64,000 nt of DNA from Eledone cirrhosa (Eukaryota). The DNA lies in assembly GCA_964016885.1 (NCBI GenBank), contig OZ024743.1:189906001-189970000 (forward strand). The letters run 5' to 3'. The notes under the pieces were generated by a model, which was not told the origin of the DNA, did no database searches, and was given only the letters and a program-made list of their open reading frames with translations. Position numbers and translations under genes: made by a program. Below are positions 40,398 to 52,281 of the stretch, piece after piece (the first letter of the stretch is position 1; each line of letters begins with the position of its first letter).

Positions 40398-40568
40398 TAA
40401 TTATTTCTACTTTTGGCACAAGGCCAGCAATGACCCAGTACATTACTGGTATTTTATCGACCCCGTAAGGATGGAAGGCAAAGTTGACCTCGGCGGGATT
40501 TGAACTCAGAATGGAAAGGGCCGTAACTCTCTGCGTCAAAGCATGGTGTCTGACCCTCTACCGATATT
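40398..40568 (-). mobile_element. tRNA-derived SINE family 1
   Basis: Reverse-complement match; flanking gtctatttataat duplication. Confidence 0.88.
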
Positions 40569-40731
40569 GAGTCTATTTATAATGATTACTAATTATTTTT
40601 TATAGATAACAGATGGCCCAAGAATATCTTCTCTTTCCTCTTAAAACATACCATCAGGAGAATTTATTTTTTGTCTTCTCAGCAAGGTCGTTGGTCATCA
40701 TTTACTTGGTGGCCATGTCCATACAGGAAAG

Positions 40732-40829
<98 letters not shown>

Positions 40830-41019
40830 AAAGGAGAGAGAATTAGGGTGTTTGCTCCACCATAGCTGTATGCATACAAGTATGTAAGGTTTGTATACTG
40901 AATAATATATATGTTTACGAATATACATTTGAAAGCCTTTAGCTATGAATTTTAAACATTGTATATTATTCGATATGTGTGTATATATATATATATATTA
41001 AAGAGTTAAACAAGATTCA

Positions 41020-42764
41020 ATGAGTACATCAAAGAATGAGTTTTACAGTAGATTGGAAGCACTCTACAGTCAATAATTTTCCAGAGTTATTAATATTAAT
41101 TAGATTGATTGCTCCATCCAAATCGGATATTGGAGTAATCAGTAAAAACCCACTCTTAAATTGAGATCTAATTTGAGCTTGTGGAAAGATACAAATGAAG
41201 TCATAGAATGGTACAGGAATATAGATAATAAGAAAAACCACAAATTCATCCAGATGTACATTACAAGCTACTATTCTTCCATAATACCTAACCTTCTAAA
41301 TAAGGCTCTTTCATATGCTTATAAGCATACTGATATAACTACGGATGAAATTGATATCATACTAACAGCCGGAAGAACTCTTATTAACTTCAACAATGAA
41401 TTTTGGACCCGCTCAGATAGAGATAGAAACTTTGATATCACTATGGGGGCATCCGATTCCGCGCAAATCACAGATCTTCTGGGAATTTTCATATTAAATA
41501 TGATAAATAGAAAACTGCCGGAGATTACCGGTGGTTTATATAGGGACGACATTTTATTTACGGTGGTCAAACACAACAATATAGAACTAAATAGAGTAAA
41601 GAAAAGTATAATAGAATTCTTTAAAATGTATGACCTTAAGTTGGAAGTAGAAAATGGTACCAAAATAGTTAATTTCCTAGATGTTACGTTTAACTTAAAC
41701 ACTGGCTTTTATTACCCTTTTCATAAGCCCAATGAAAACTTCAACTATGTTAGTAACCATTCCAATCACCCTAAATCTGTAAAAAAAAAAGCTATAGTAA
41801 ATAGTGTGCAAAAACGAATTAATAAAATATCAGCTAATAAAGCTATATTTGATGAAAACGCTGAATACTACAATAACGCGTTAAAAAGAGCAGGATATGT
41901 GAATAATATAGAATATGTAGATAATAATAATCCAAGTATTAATCTTGATAAAAATAATAACATATATAAGAGAAACTCTAATAATTATAATTCAAACACC
42001 CATACGCCAAATAAATTGAGGAAAAGAACTAGAACTAAATCAGTCATATAGTTCGTCCCCCCCCCCCTGCTTCGGTCGCAGTTAGAACACCAATTGCAAA
42101 ATTATTCTTTAATGCTTTGGACACCTCTTTCCCTACTCAACATAAATACCATTCCATTTTTAATAGACACACCATTAAATTCTCGTATTCTACAACTATG
42201 AACATGGCCCAAAACATTGCCAAATTAAACACTAAAATTCTAAAACAAAACCACCATAATGATCTTGATAATAGCATTAACATAAACGATACTAAACCAA
42301 AATGTAATTGTAGAAACAAAACTGACTGCCCTCTGCAAAATAATTGTCTAGATAGTAATTTGGTTTATAAAGGCACCGCAAAAACTGATCACAACACATA
42401 CAACTACATAGGATCGACTTCTTCTACATTTAAAGCCAGATTTGCGAACCATAAATGCTCATTCTCGAACTCCAAGAGGAAATCATCCACTTCTTTATCA
42501 CAGCTCTTATGGTCATTAAAAGAGTGGAATTTAAAATACTCCATTCTTTGGACAAAACTTCGGAATTGTGGAGTTTACCGCAACTCTAGTATATCAAATA
42601 ACTGCGCGCTCTGTACAATGAAGACCCTGTTGATTATTAATAACTATGAGACCCTAATTAACAAAAAAAGTGAATTATTCTCTAGTTGCCTTCATAAAGT
42701 TACGTCTACATTCTTAGCCTCCCACAAAACCAGAAAAAAAGAGGAAGAAACACTAAACCATTAA
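41020..42764 (+). pseudogene. 5'-truncated Penelope-like (Naiad-type) RT + GIY-YIG endonuclease, disrupted
   Basis: DITMGASDSAQITDL, GLYRDD, VNFLDVT, SNHP; then CNCR..CPL..CL, LVYK..YIG, RFANH, CALC, LINKKSE, CLH; stop and frameshift near 42050. Confidence 0.93.
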
Positions 42765-42916
42765 AAACTTGGTTTTCAGACGTAAATAACCAACAGCGAA
42801 AAACATTAATGGCATTTAATATTGCATTATCTTATAACTATCTATAGAAGAAATAACGCTCGATGAAGGACACTTATTCTATAACACGCTAACACGTTCA
42901 TATACATAACATATTG

Positions 42917-43292
42917 GGCGCCGTGCTTTCTAGCATAGTTACGTCCCTTTACAGTCTGAGTTCAAATCCAGCCGAGGTTAACTTTGTCTTTTATCCTTAA
43001 GGGGTCGATAAAATAAAGTACCAGTAATGTACTGGGTAATTGCTGCCCTTGTGCCTAAAGTAGAAACAATTATTAACTTTGATCCATACCATTATTTTTT
43101 AAGGGTGGTAGATTGGCAGAATCGGTAAAGCGTCAGACACCATGCTTTCTAGCATAGTTACGTCCCTTTACAGTCTGAGTTCAAATCCCACCGAGGTTAA
43201 CTTTGCCTTTCATCCTTACGGGGTCGATAAAATAAAGTACCAGTAATGTACTGAGTAATTGCTGTCCTTGTGCCTAAAGTAGAAACAATTAT
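42917..43292 (+). mobile_element. Two tandem SINE family 1 copies
   Basis: 42917-43073 (5' truncated) and 43102-43292. Confidence 0.88.
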
Positions 43293-44316
43293 TTCTCTAT
43301 CTTTATTTTCCTATCTAAGTTTTAAATTTTAGTTTAAATATCCAACCCGTATATTTTTACGGAACTTATTTTTAACTGTGAATCATTCATGTGTTTACAT
43401 TTTTTTAAATTATAGTATGTATGTATTTAACTGTAACACGTTGAAATCTATTATATAAGATTACCTAAAGTATACTGTATCACTAATACTTAATATATAT
43501 CTATATATACCTCTCTCTATCTCTCTATACATACTTTTTAGATAACTTCTCTAAATTTTTAGATTATTATTTATTTTGAACTGTGAATAATTCATGCATT
43601 TACACCCTTTTATATTCGTTATCATTTACCTAAAATATACTGGCTCATTAATATATCTCTACATACCTAATCATTATTTAAATTTTTCTAACAATAAGTA
43701 CTTCATAAGCTTTACATACCGAAAATGTTGACATTTTTATAGGTAATCTTCGTTAAAGATTACATTTAGGAAATATTTCAACAGTGTAAATTTTCCTTTC
43801 GCTGGCCAGGTTAAATCCTTTAAATTTTATCCTCATAAAATTCAGAAGTTTAGAAATGTTAACACACTTATAGAATTTATAAAATTAATAAATATAAATA
43901 ACCAGCAACTTTTAAAAGAAAACCTAAAATCTTGATTCTTCACCCTTAAAATAACGTAAATTAAATATTTTGAAACTTAACCGTTTAGCTTTTTGGAAAA
44001 AAATCTCTTTCTGCATATATTACTCCCCTTTATCTGTTCCCTCTCTTTAAATCCTCTTTCAGCGGACTTCATAGACAGTTATAATTCATGAGATGTTTTC
44101 CTAGATAACCATAACTTGTAGTATCCTACATTTTAAAGATCTCTATAGCTGTCACATTAACCAACGTTTTTTCTTACTCACACATTCTCTATTGAATTTT
44201 ACGTTTTCGCATTTTCTCATTATTAGGGTATACATGTTAAGTTTTCTCTTAGGTTAATCACTACCTTGATTAAATCTTAACCATTTAACATCTCAGGGTA
44301 TGTCATGTATCATTAT

Positions 44317-44369
44317 ATTTTGTCTGATGAGGACGTACTGTTGTACCTCTGAAATATGTATAATAAAAT
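44317..44369 (+). ncRNA. Minimal type I hammerhead ribozyme
   Basis: attttgt-CTGATGA-ggacgtac-tgtt-gtacctct-GAAA-TATGTA-TA-ataaaat, ~30 bp upstream of (TA)n. Confidence 0.75.
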
Positions 44370-44416
44370 TTAATTGATCAAAAGAACATCTATTTTAATA
44401 TATATATATATATATA

Positions 44417-44744
44417 TCATCATCATCATTATTTCATTTTATATCCGCTTTTCCCTGCTTGCAAGGGTGGGACGGAAACTGATTCTGGGTTGATTTCTAC
44501 AGCTGGATGCCCTTCCTAACACCAACCTCATTTACAGTGAGTGCTGGGTGCTTTTTTGCCATGGCACCTCCACGACTACTTTTGTAGTGGAATGATAGGG
44601 ACCCCAGTCTACAGCTGAGTAAACTGGAGCAATGTGAAATAAAGTGTCTTGCTCAAGGAAACAACACATCACCCGGTCTGAGAATTGAACTCACAACCTT
44701 TCAATTGCAAGGCCAATGCTCTAACCACTAAGCCATGTGCCTCC
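44417..44744 (-). mobile_element. tRNA-derived SINE family 2 with (ATG)n tail
   Basis: tggcttagtggttagagc A box, gagttcaattctc B box, ccttgagcaagacactt core; copies at 49942-50286 and 55214-55550. Confidence 0.88.
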
Positions 44745-44746
44745 AA

Positions 44747-44843
44747 GGTGTCCCCAAAAATGTATACACACCAGACTGTGCATTCTAATAAATATTGCCT
44801 GCACAGGTAATCAAAGTGTGTATACATTTTTTTGAGAACACCC
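44747..44843. mobile_element. Tiny Tc1/mariner-type MITE
   Basis: Inverted termini ggtgtccccaaaaatgtatacacac / gtgtgtatacatttttttgagaacacc. Confidence 0.6.
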
Positions 44844-45257
44844 AATATATATGACAATGAACTAGAAACAAGTAGGTTTGAATTTACCTCCTTTTATTGA
44901 TTACTAATAGCTGTTATACATATTATTGTAGTATACAGGCCTACATGTATATTTTGTCAAGTGCTCAATCCTGTGTACACCCGTATCTGTTGACTTATAA
45001 TAGATTAACTAACACAAAATATACCAACTATATATATAAATATATAAATATAAAATATATTCTAAGTAAAAGCATCTCTGTGTGTGTGTGTTTGCGTAAC
45101 ATTCCCATAAACATGTCTTATATGCTGCTTTCCTTCTGTTTCCATCAATGTCAAATTTTGATTTCATCATTTCCATTTTCATTAAATAAACTTCTAGTCA
45201 AGTATTGGGATTGAATTTATTGCCTATATTATCCCCTGCCCTCAAAAGAGTAAATAT

Positions 45258-45765
45258 AATTGTTTCTACTTTTGGCACAAGGCCAGCAATTATCCCAGTT
45301 TATTACTGGTACTTTATTTTATCGACCCCGTAAGGATGAAAGGCAAAGTTAACCTCGGCGGGATATAAACTCAGACCATAAAGGGCTGTAACACTTTGCT
45401 GCAAAGCATGGCGTCCAACTCTCTACCGATACTGCCAATCCACCGTAAATATAATAATATCAAAATTTGAATAAATTCAATATTATTATAGAAGTAGATT
45501 AGTATCTGTTTTGCCCATTCTTCTATGAAATTAAAGAATACACATTATCCTTTATTATAGATATTATACTAAGGGCAGTGGATTGGCAGTATCGGTAGAG
45601 GGTCGGATGCCATGCTTTGCAGCAAAGTGTTACGACCCTTTATGGTCTGAGTTCAAATCCCGCCGAGGTTAACTTTGCCTTTCATCCTTACGGGGTCGAT
45701 AAAATAAAGTACCAGTAATAAACTGGGATAATTGCTGGACTTGTGCCCAAAGTAGAAACAATTAT
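45258..45765. mobile_element. Head-to-head inverted pair of SINE family 1 copies
   Basis: 45258-45445 minus and 45573-45765 plus. Confidence 0.9.
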
Positions 45766-47359
45766 AGATATTATACTTCTTTGAAACATATGAAATGCAA
45801 GGAACTAATGATAATTGATTTAATTGATATTTTTCTTTTATGATCGTGTATGAAATATTCAAGATATGATAAGCAGAGTAGTTTAGTTTTTAAAGTTTAA
45901 TTGATTTTTGCTAAATTTATTTTTAATAGATTAGAAGGATATCAGTATTTTGTGTGTTATGCCTCTGGCTATTTTAAGCTTGTTGTATTTTGATGTTGTG
46001 TAGGAATGTGTTAGAAGTTATATATATTGTATAATGCCTAAATGCACTACTGAGTATAGAGTACTAATTTATCTAGTAGCCACAACTGAACATAAACTGA
46101 ATATTGAAGATGATGACGTCGTCCTGATGAAGTTTATCTTCTCACTACCAGTATAGTGGGTTGGCTTTAATTTAATCTAACTGGGTAATGGTATTTTGAA
46201 TGGTACATTTTTGACCTGTATAGGTTTGTTGTATTTAGTTTTTAGGTAGAGTTAAGTTAGAAAAAATTATGTATATTGTATTATGCTTCTTCTACTGTGT
46301 CAACTAATATCCTGGTAAAAAGGCCTCTGGTACAAAGGCTCCTTTTGTTGTATTTCAATTTTATTTAAATGAGTAATTGTATTTTGGCCAATTTGGGCTT
46401 TTTGTATTTGTAGTTGGGCATGGCTGTGAAAGAAAAACGATATATATTGTATTGTGCCTCTTATACTGTGTGGACTTAGATTTCTATTGAATGGTCATTG
46501 GAACAAAAGACATTTTTTCAATTGATAAGAGCAAGCATTTTGTACACTACAGCATATATGGTACTAATTCATCTATTAGCTGTAAGTTGACAACATCCAA
46601 ATATTTAGGGCAATTGTTGCCTAATAAACGTCATCCTCTTACTACCAGCATAGCTGGCTGATTTTAATTTTAAATTTATGTAACTGGGTAATTGTGTTTT
46701 GGGTGGTGAATTTTGACTAGTGTGGGCTTGTTGTATTTAGTTGTTGGGTAGGGTTGAGTAATGAAAAATTATATGTTTTATCATGCAAAAGGATGGGAAC
46801 TACATTTTTGTAATTACTTGTATGCTCAAACATGAAAAGACCCCCCAAAAAACAACTATTTTAGAGATTAAATTAATTTAAATAACTTTCAAAATATGAT
46901 GAAAAACGTATTTGATGTATTGTATAAGACATATTGATATATTCAACAATGTATTGTGGATGATTTAGTAAATTATACTTAAAGTAACAAAATATTATGT
47001 TGGATGATGATTATTTTACAAAGAAGAAGGGAAGGAATTGATTGACAAGATCTCAGACATCATTCATTTACGGAATTGGGTGGAACTCATCAAATTGGAC
47101 CAAGGAAACAATGTTTCCATTAGTCTTTCATTGCTAATACTATCTACATGATGCAATTCCTGGTCTAAAGAACACCGTGAAATAAAGTGTCTTGCTTAAA
47201 AAGATAACACATCCCCCAGTCCAGGAAACAATCTCACAACCTTACAATTGTGAATCCAATTCTCTAACCACTAAGCCAACTATTTCTCAACTGTTTCCCT
47301 CTACCCAAATTTTCTGGCCTTGTACTTATTACTATTGTAATTATTGATATTACAGGTAG

Positions 47360-47810
47360 AGCAGTGGATTGGCCCAATTAGTTGAGCTTCAGATAAAATG
47401 CATTGTCGCATAAATTCTATTTTATCCATTCTAAGTTCAAAGCCCACCAAGTTCAACTTTGCCTTTCATCCTTCTGGGGTCAATAAAATAAAGTTCCAGT
47501 CAAATACTGGGGGTCAATAAACCAACTTTACCTTTGCCACAATTGCTGGCAATGTGCCCAGATAGGAAATCATTATAAATCCTAAGGCTGGGCAGTGGAT
47601 TAGCAGTATAGGTAGAGTGTTGGATAACAAGTTTTGTAACAGTGTTACATCCCTTTATGTTTTGATTTCAAATCCTGCTGAGGTTAGCTTGTTGGCCTTT
47701 CATCCTTACAGGGGCAATAAAATAAAGTACCAGTAATGAACTGGTGTTGATGTATTCAGCTTTCCCTTGCAGAAAATTGTTGGCCTTGTACCTAAATCAG
47801 AAACCATTAT
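47360..47810 (+). mobile_element. Two older tandem SINE family 1-related copies
   Basis: Diverged A/B boxes and gcctttcatcc core. Confidence 0.75.
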
Positions 47811-49941
47811 TAATCCTAACACTCTTCTAAATACTGAGGTAAACAAATTCAACAAAGGTACTCCACAAGGATTGCTAAAATTCATAATGCCCTCTGTCAT
47901 CTCTTGGAACTATCTGATATCACACCGTCAATCCATCAATAATGCTCTCTCCCTCAAGTCATCATGAGAGGTTGATGTAAAGCGATATCTGCTTGCATTG
48001 AAATATAGGAGTACTTGTATAAGCTGATCACAACAGCATCATGGCATCAGAAATATCAGAAATTGAAGTAGACATCACTATATTGAGGTATAAGAAACTA
48101 TAACAAGAGCACACCCACCAAATCACTAGACTTGCAATTCAGAGCAAATCCTATTATATCGTTTTAGCCTGTTGTTGTGCTCTAGACCTATATGTAGTTA
48201 AAAATTGGAAAACGTTTTCATAATTTTATTTATGTCATATAATTTATAGAATAACATTATTCTTTCTTAACTCATAAATGATTCAATGTAAATGTAAATT
48301 TTTCAAGTTGTTTTTCCTTTGATAATTTGCAATTGTTTTCTTTATGTGATTAATAATCACAGTCTTTATAAAAGAACTCAAAATCTAGCACTTAGACAAT
48401 CACAGGGAGTTAAATTAGTAATCGCAGAGTTGTTTCTGTTCAATTACTCATTAATAAAAAGAATGAAGTGTGCAGCTTCTAATTATTGCATGAATGAGTT
48501 CTATCCTCAGTGCTGCAACTATTTGTTTAAAGGTTGACACAACATGAAGAAAATATTAGAAAGGAGAGATGCAAATTATTGCAATTGCTTTCCTGTATTA
48601 ACTAAAATACGGTGACAAAATGGTAGTCAGAAGAATGCTCTGAGTTAAAATCCTGTCGAGTTCAACTTTGCCTTTCACTTTTATGGTCGATAAATTAAGT
48701 ACTAGTACTGGAGTCAATTCTTCCTTTATATATCTTTCTCACTTTCTCTCTATAACATTCTCTCTCTTTTTCTAGAAGAAAGTGACTGTGTTCAGACCTG
48801 GAGAGAGGATAGCTCTGGCAGGTTTCAAATGTTTAAGTGCCACTATGACTCCATCAGGAATTTCAAGTTCATACTTATATATTAACTAAAAGATGCACAA
48901 TTGTCTGATATTCTGTTTTAATCATCTTCATCTTAATTATTCAAAGTAACGCGTAAAATAAATATCAGAAGTGTACCATGATCGATCCTATCAACTATAC
49001 TCCGACTCTACAAAAATGTTTCTTGAACAACTGATGTAAGAACATAACATTTAAAAAAAGTAATTGATGTGTTGACAAGATCGCTCATTCGAACAGTGAT
49101 ATTTGATTCAATATATCAAAATAAGAAGTAGTTACTATTAGTTGTTGGCATGAATCATTCAACCAAAAGGCAATACTTGTTAATTCTATAAACTTCATAA
49201 GGATTTAAGAACTCGCCAAGGTTTGCTAATATAAAAAATGACAAATACTGATGTAAATCTATTTACATCTTATAAAATGTTGCTGTCAAGAGCAGCACTT
49301 TTTTAAATATATTTTCTGGAAGCAATATATTGTGCAAATGGAATGGAAATTAATAAAGTGTAAATGCGAATGATTTGTACAGGCTTACAATTATGGTTAA
49401 CTTTCAATATAAATATGGCTATGATGACACAAGTATATTAAGAATATAAGATCCATTAACTTGAAATTACTTTCACTTTAATATATCTGAGTATATTTTA
49501 ATAGAATTTATAGATATTACACATGTAAAAGTAAGTATTTGGGGTGGTATTTTATGTATAGATGTTATAGTGGTATTTTATGTATATCACTGAAGCCATA
49601 TTGCTCCCACAACTCTGAATCAAGTAGAGGCGTTTCAATAGTTGTCACATAGGTTTCTTTATAAAGAATGAAAATACTTTAATATAAATTTTACACTCTA
49701 TGAAAGCAACAAAGAAGCATCTTCAAGTGGCATGGTGCATAAAGAATATCCACGTTTCCCATAAATCACACCCTATCATCATAAAATGTGAAGGAGGAAT
49801 TGGATAATATGCTTCTAGCAATGATGCATCTGGAAAATGAAGAGAAAATGCTCATGACTGACCTAGGGCTGAAGAACAAAACAAAAATTGTACAATTCAG
49901 GAATGTAGACCTACAGAGTAACGAAAATTAGTAATTCTTAT

Positions 49942-50286
49942 TCATCATCATCATCATCATCATTTTACATCCGCTTTTCCCTGCTTGCAAGGGTGGGACG
50001 GGAACTGATTCTGGCTTGATTTCTACAGCTGGATGCCCTTCCTAACACCAACCTCATTTACAGTGAGTGCTGGGTGCTTTTTTGCCGTGGCACCTACACG
50101 ACCACTTTGCAGTGGAATGATAGGGACCCCAGTCCCTATCATCTCATTTCTACAGCTGAGTAAACTGGAGCAATGTGAAATAAAATGCCTTGCTCAAGGA
50201 AACAACACATCACCCGGTCTGAGAATTGAACTCACAACCTTTCGATTGCAAGCCCAATGCTCTAACAACTAAGTCATGTGCCTCCA
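49942..50286 (-). mobile_element. tRNA-derived SINE family 2
   Basis: Near-identical to 44417-44744. Confidence 0.88.
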
Positions 50287-50920
50287 TAAAGATAGAAATT
50301 ATTTTTACCCAACTTTTTAGTCATTCTAATTCTGTTGGGGACAAAGTTCATTGACGTGTTATTTTAAAATATCCTTGGATCATCCTGAAGTCAAACGTTC
50401 AGATTTAATTAAGCTTTTTGATACCAATCTTCTTGAAACTGCCTTTGGTTCTATGATACAAAGCTATCCATTTTAAAGTGTTTATTATTATATTAAAATC
50501 TTCCCACACAATTTTATGTAAAGTATTTTTGCTACATAATGTTCTACATCAGCATGGTAGTGACAAAGTTAGTAATATTACTAAACTCCTCCATTTTTCT
50601 TATTTATTTTGAAGTTAATTGAAAAACATTAACAGTTTAGATTTTTAGAAACATGGTAATAAACGAGCTAAAGGAAAATAGTTGACGAGATTAATATTTA
50701 ATTCAAGGAAGTAATTTACACTTTCATTTCTCTAGAGTCAGTCAATAAGATTGATCTATGAAAGTGCTCTGGAGAGTTCTTCAAATCATTATCAGGTTTT
50801 CAGTATTAATGAGATTTGCTTTTGCTTGTATACTTTATGTTTTCATGTTCCATACCGATAGCTGATTGAAGCCACTAAATTTCACTCCATCTATATAGAC
50901 TAGGCATGAATGACACAGAA

Positions 50921-52281
50921 TCTCTCTCTATATAAAATTATTTGTCTGTCTGTCTGTCTTTATGCATTCTCAAATGGCTCAACCAAATCAAATCAAATTT
51001 TACAAGGTATTAGACCCTGGGATTAACATGTAACTTTTATTTCCATTTTTATTAAAACAATATAACACTTTATCTAGAATAATGTACTATATAGACAACT
51101 AAGTAAAAGGATATTTTATAACACGACAATGGCAAAGATGTCACATTTTGTATATGAGTGTGTATATGTCTGTGAGTGTGTGTGTTTGTGTGTTTGTTAC
51201 ATACGTTACGCCTTAGTAAGTTAAATAGACATACATCTTCACGTAAATATTTAATCAGGTACACAGAGAATTAAACAAACACACATACGTATTTACACAT
51301 GCATGTGTGACGATTGACAAATTTATGTGTGTGAGTATATGTGAGAGAGTATGTGTGTGTGAGTATACATACATTTCTGTGACAACTGACATAACGAATG
51401 CTGGGGGTAAAACTGTCTGCATTTGTATGACTGTATGTCTGTATGTGTTTTTTATAAGATGTTTGTGTTTGTATGAACACACATACATATACATATGTGA
51501 CGACTGACAAGCATATGTGTGAGTGTGCGTGTGAGTGTGTGTGTGTGTGAGAGTTAATTTACACTGCATACAAAAATAGAGATTTAACATATATTTCTTT
51601 TGGATGTTGCTACTTATTTGTTTACAATATTGAAAAAAATGCCTTTATTCCAAAAATTCATCCCATACCTACAGATGTACCATTTGAATTTAAGAGGCTT
51701 CAGTTTCCAGTCAAACTAAGTTTTGTTATTTCAATTAACAATTGGCGGTGGATTAGCAGTATCGGTGAGGGTCGGACACCATGCTTTTCAGCATAGTTAC
51801 GTCCTTTACGATCTGAGTTCAAATCCCACCGAGGTTGACTTTGTCTTTCATCCTTACGGGGTTGATAAAATAAAGTACCAGTAATGCACTGGTAATTGCT
51901 GGCCTTGTGCCTAAAGTAGAAACAGTTATTTCAATTAACAAATCTCAGGGTCAATCCCTCAAGGTAGTTGGACTTGATCTCTCTACTACATGCTTCTCCC
52001 ATGGTCAACTCTATGTTGGTTGCTCATGAGTTGGAAGCAGCAAGAATTTATTCATTTGCACACCAACAAAAAATTACACAATGAATATTGTTCACACTGA
52101 GATGCGTAAAGATTAACAAATTTTCATTTCTAAATTCTATTATCATACAATTTTGATATTTTGAAAAATAAAATATAGATATTTTGAAATAATTGAGAAA
52201 TAAAAGATATATTCATATTTATTATTTACTAATCTGAATAAGAACATCAGTAACCCAGGCAAAGCCAGGTCATTCAGCTAG
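50921..52281 (+). mobile_element. Internally deleted Helitron with PIF1-helicase remnant
   Basis: A|TC..TATATAAAA 5' end; 3' hairpin cccaggc-aaa-gccagg then CTAG|T; 51640-52070 encodes PTDVPFEFKRLQFPVKLSFVISIN / [23 protein letters not shown]. Confidence 0.85.
51741..51924 (+). mobile_element. SINE family 1 inserted in the Helitron helicase remnant
   Basis: 16-bp TSD gttatttcaattaaca at 51725-51740 and 51925-51940. Confidence 0.9.

Noticed and set aside
41161-42764. Selenoprotein-type Naiad (in-frame UGA plus SECIS)
   Set aside because: Conserved Cys positions are ordinary Cys codons and the interruption is a TAG plus frameshift, consistent with decay
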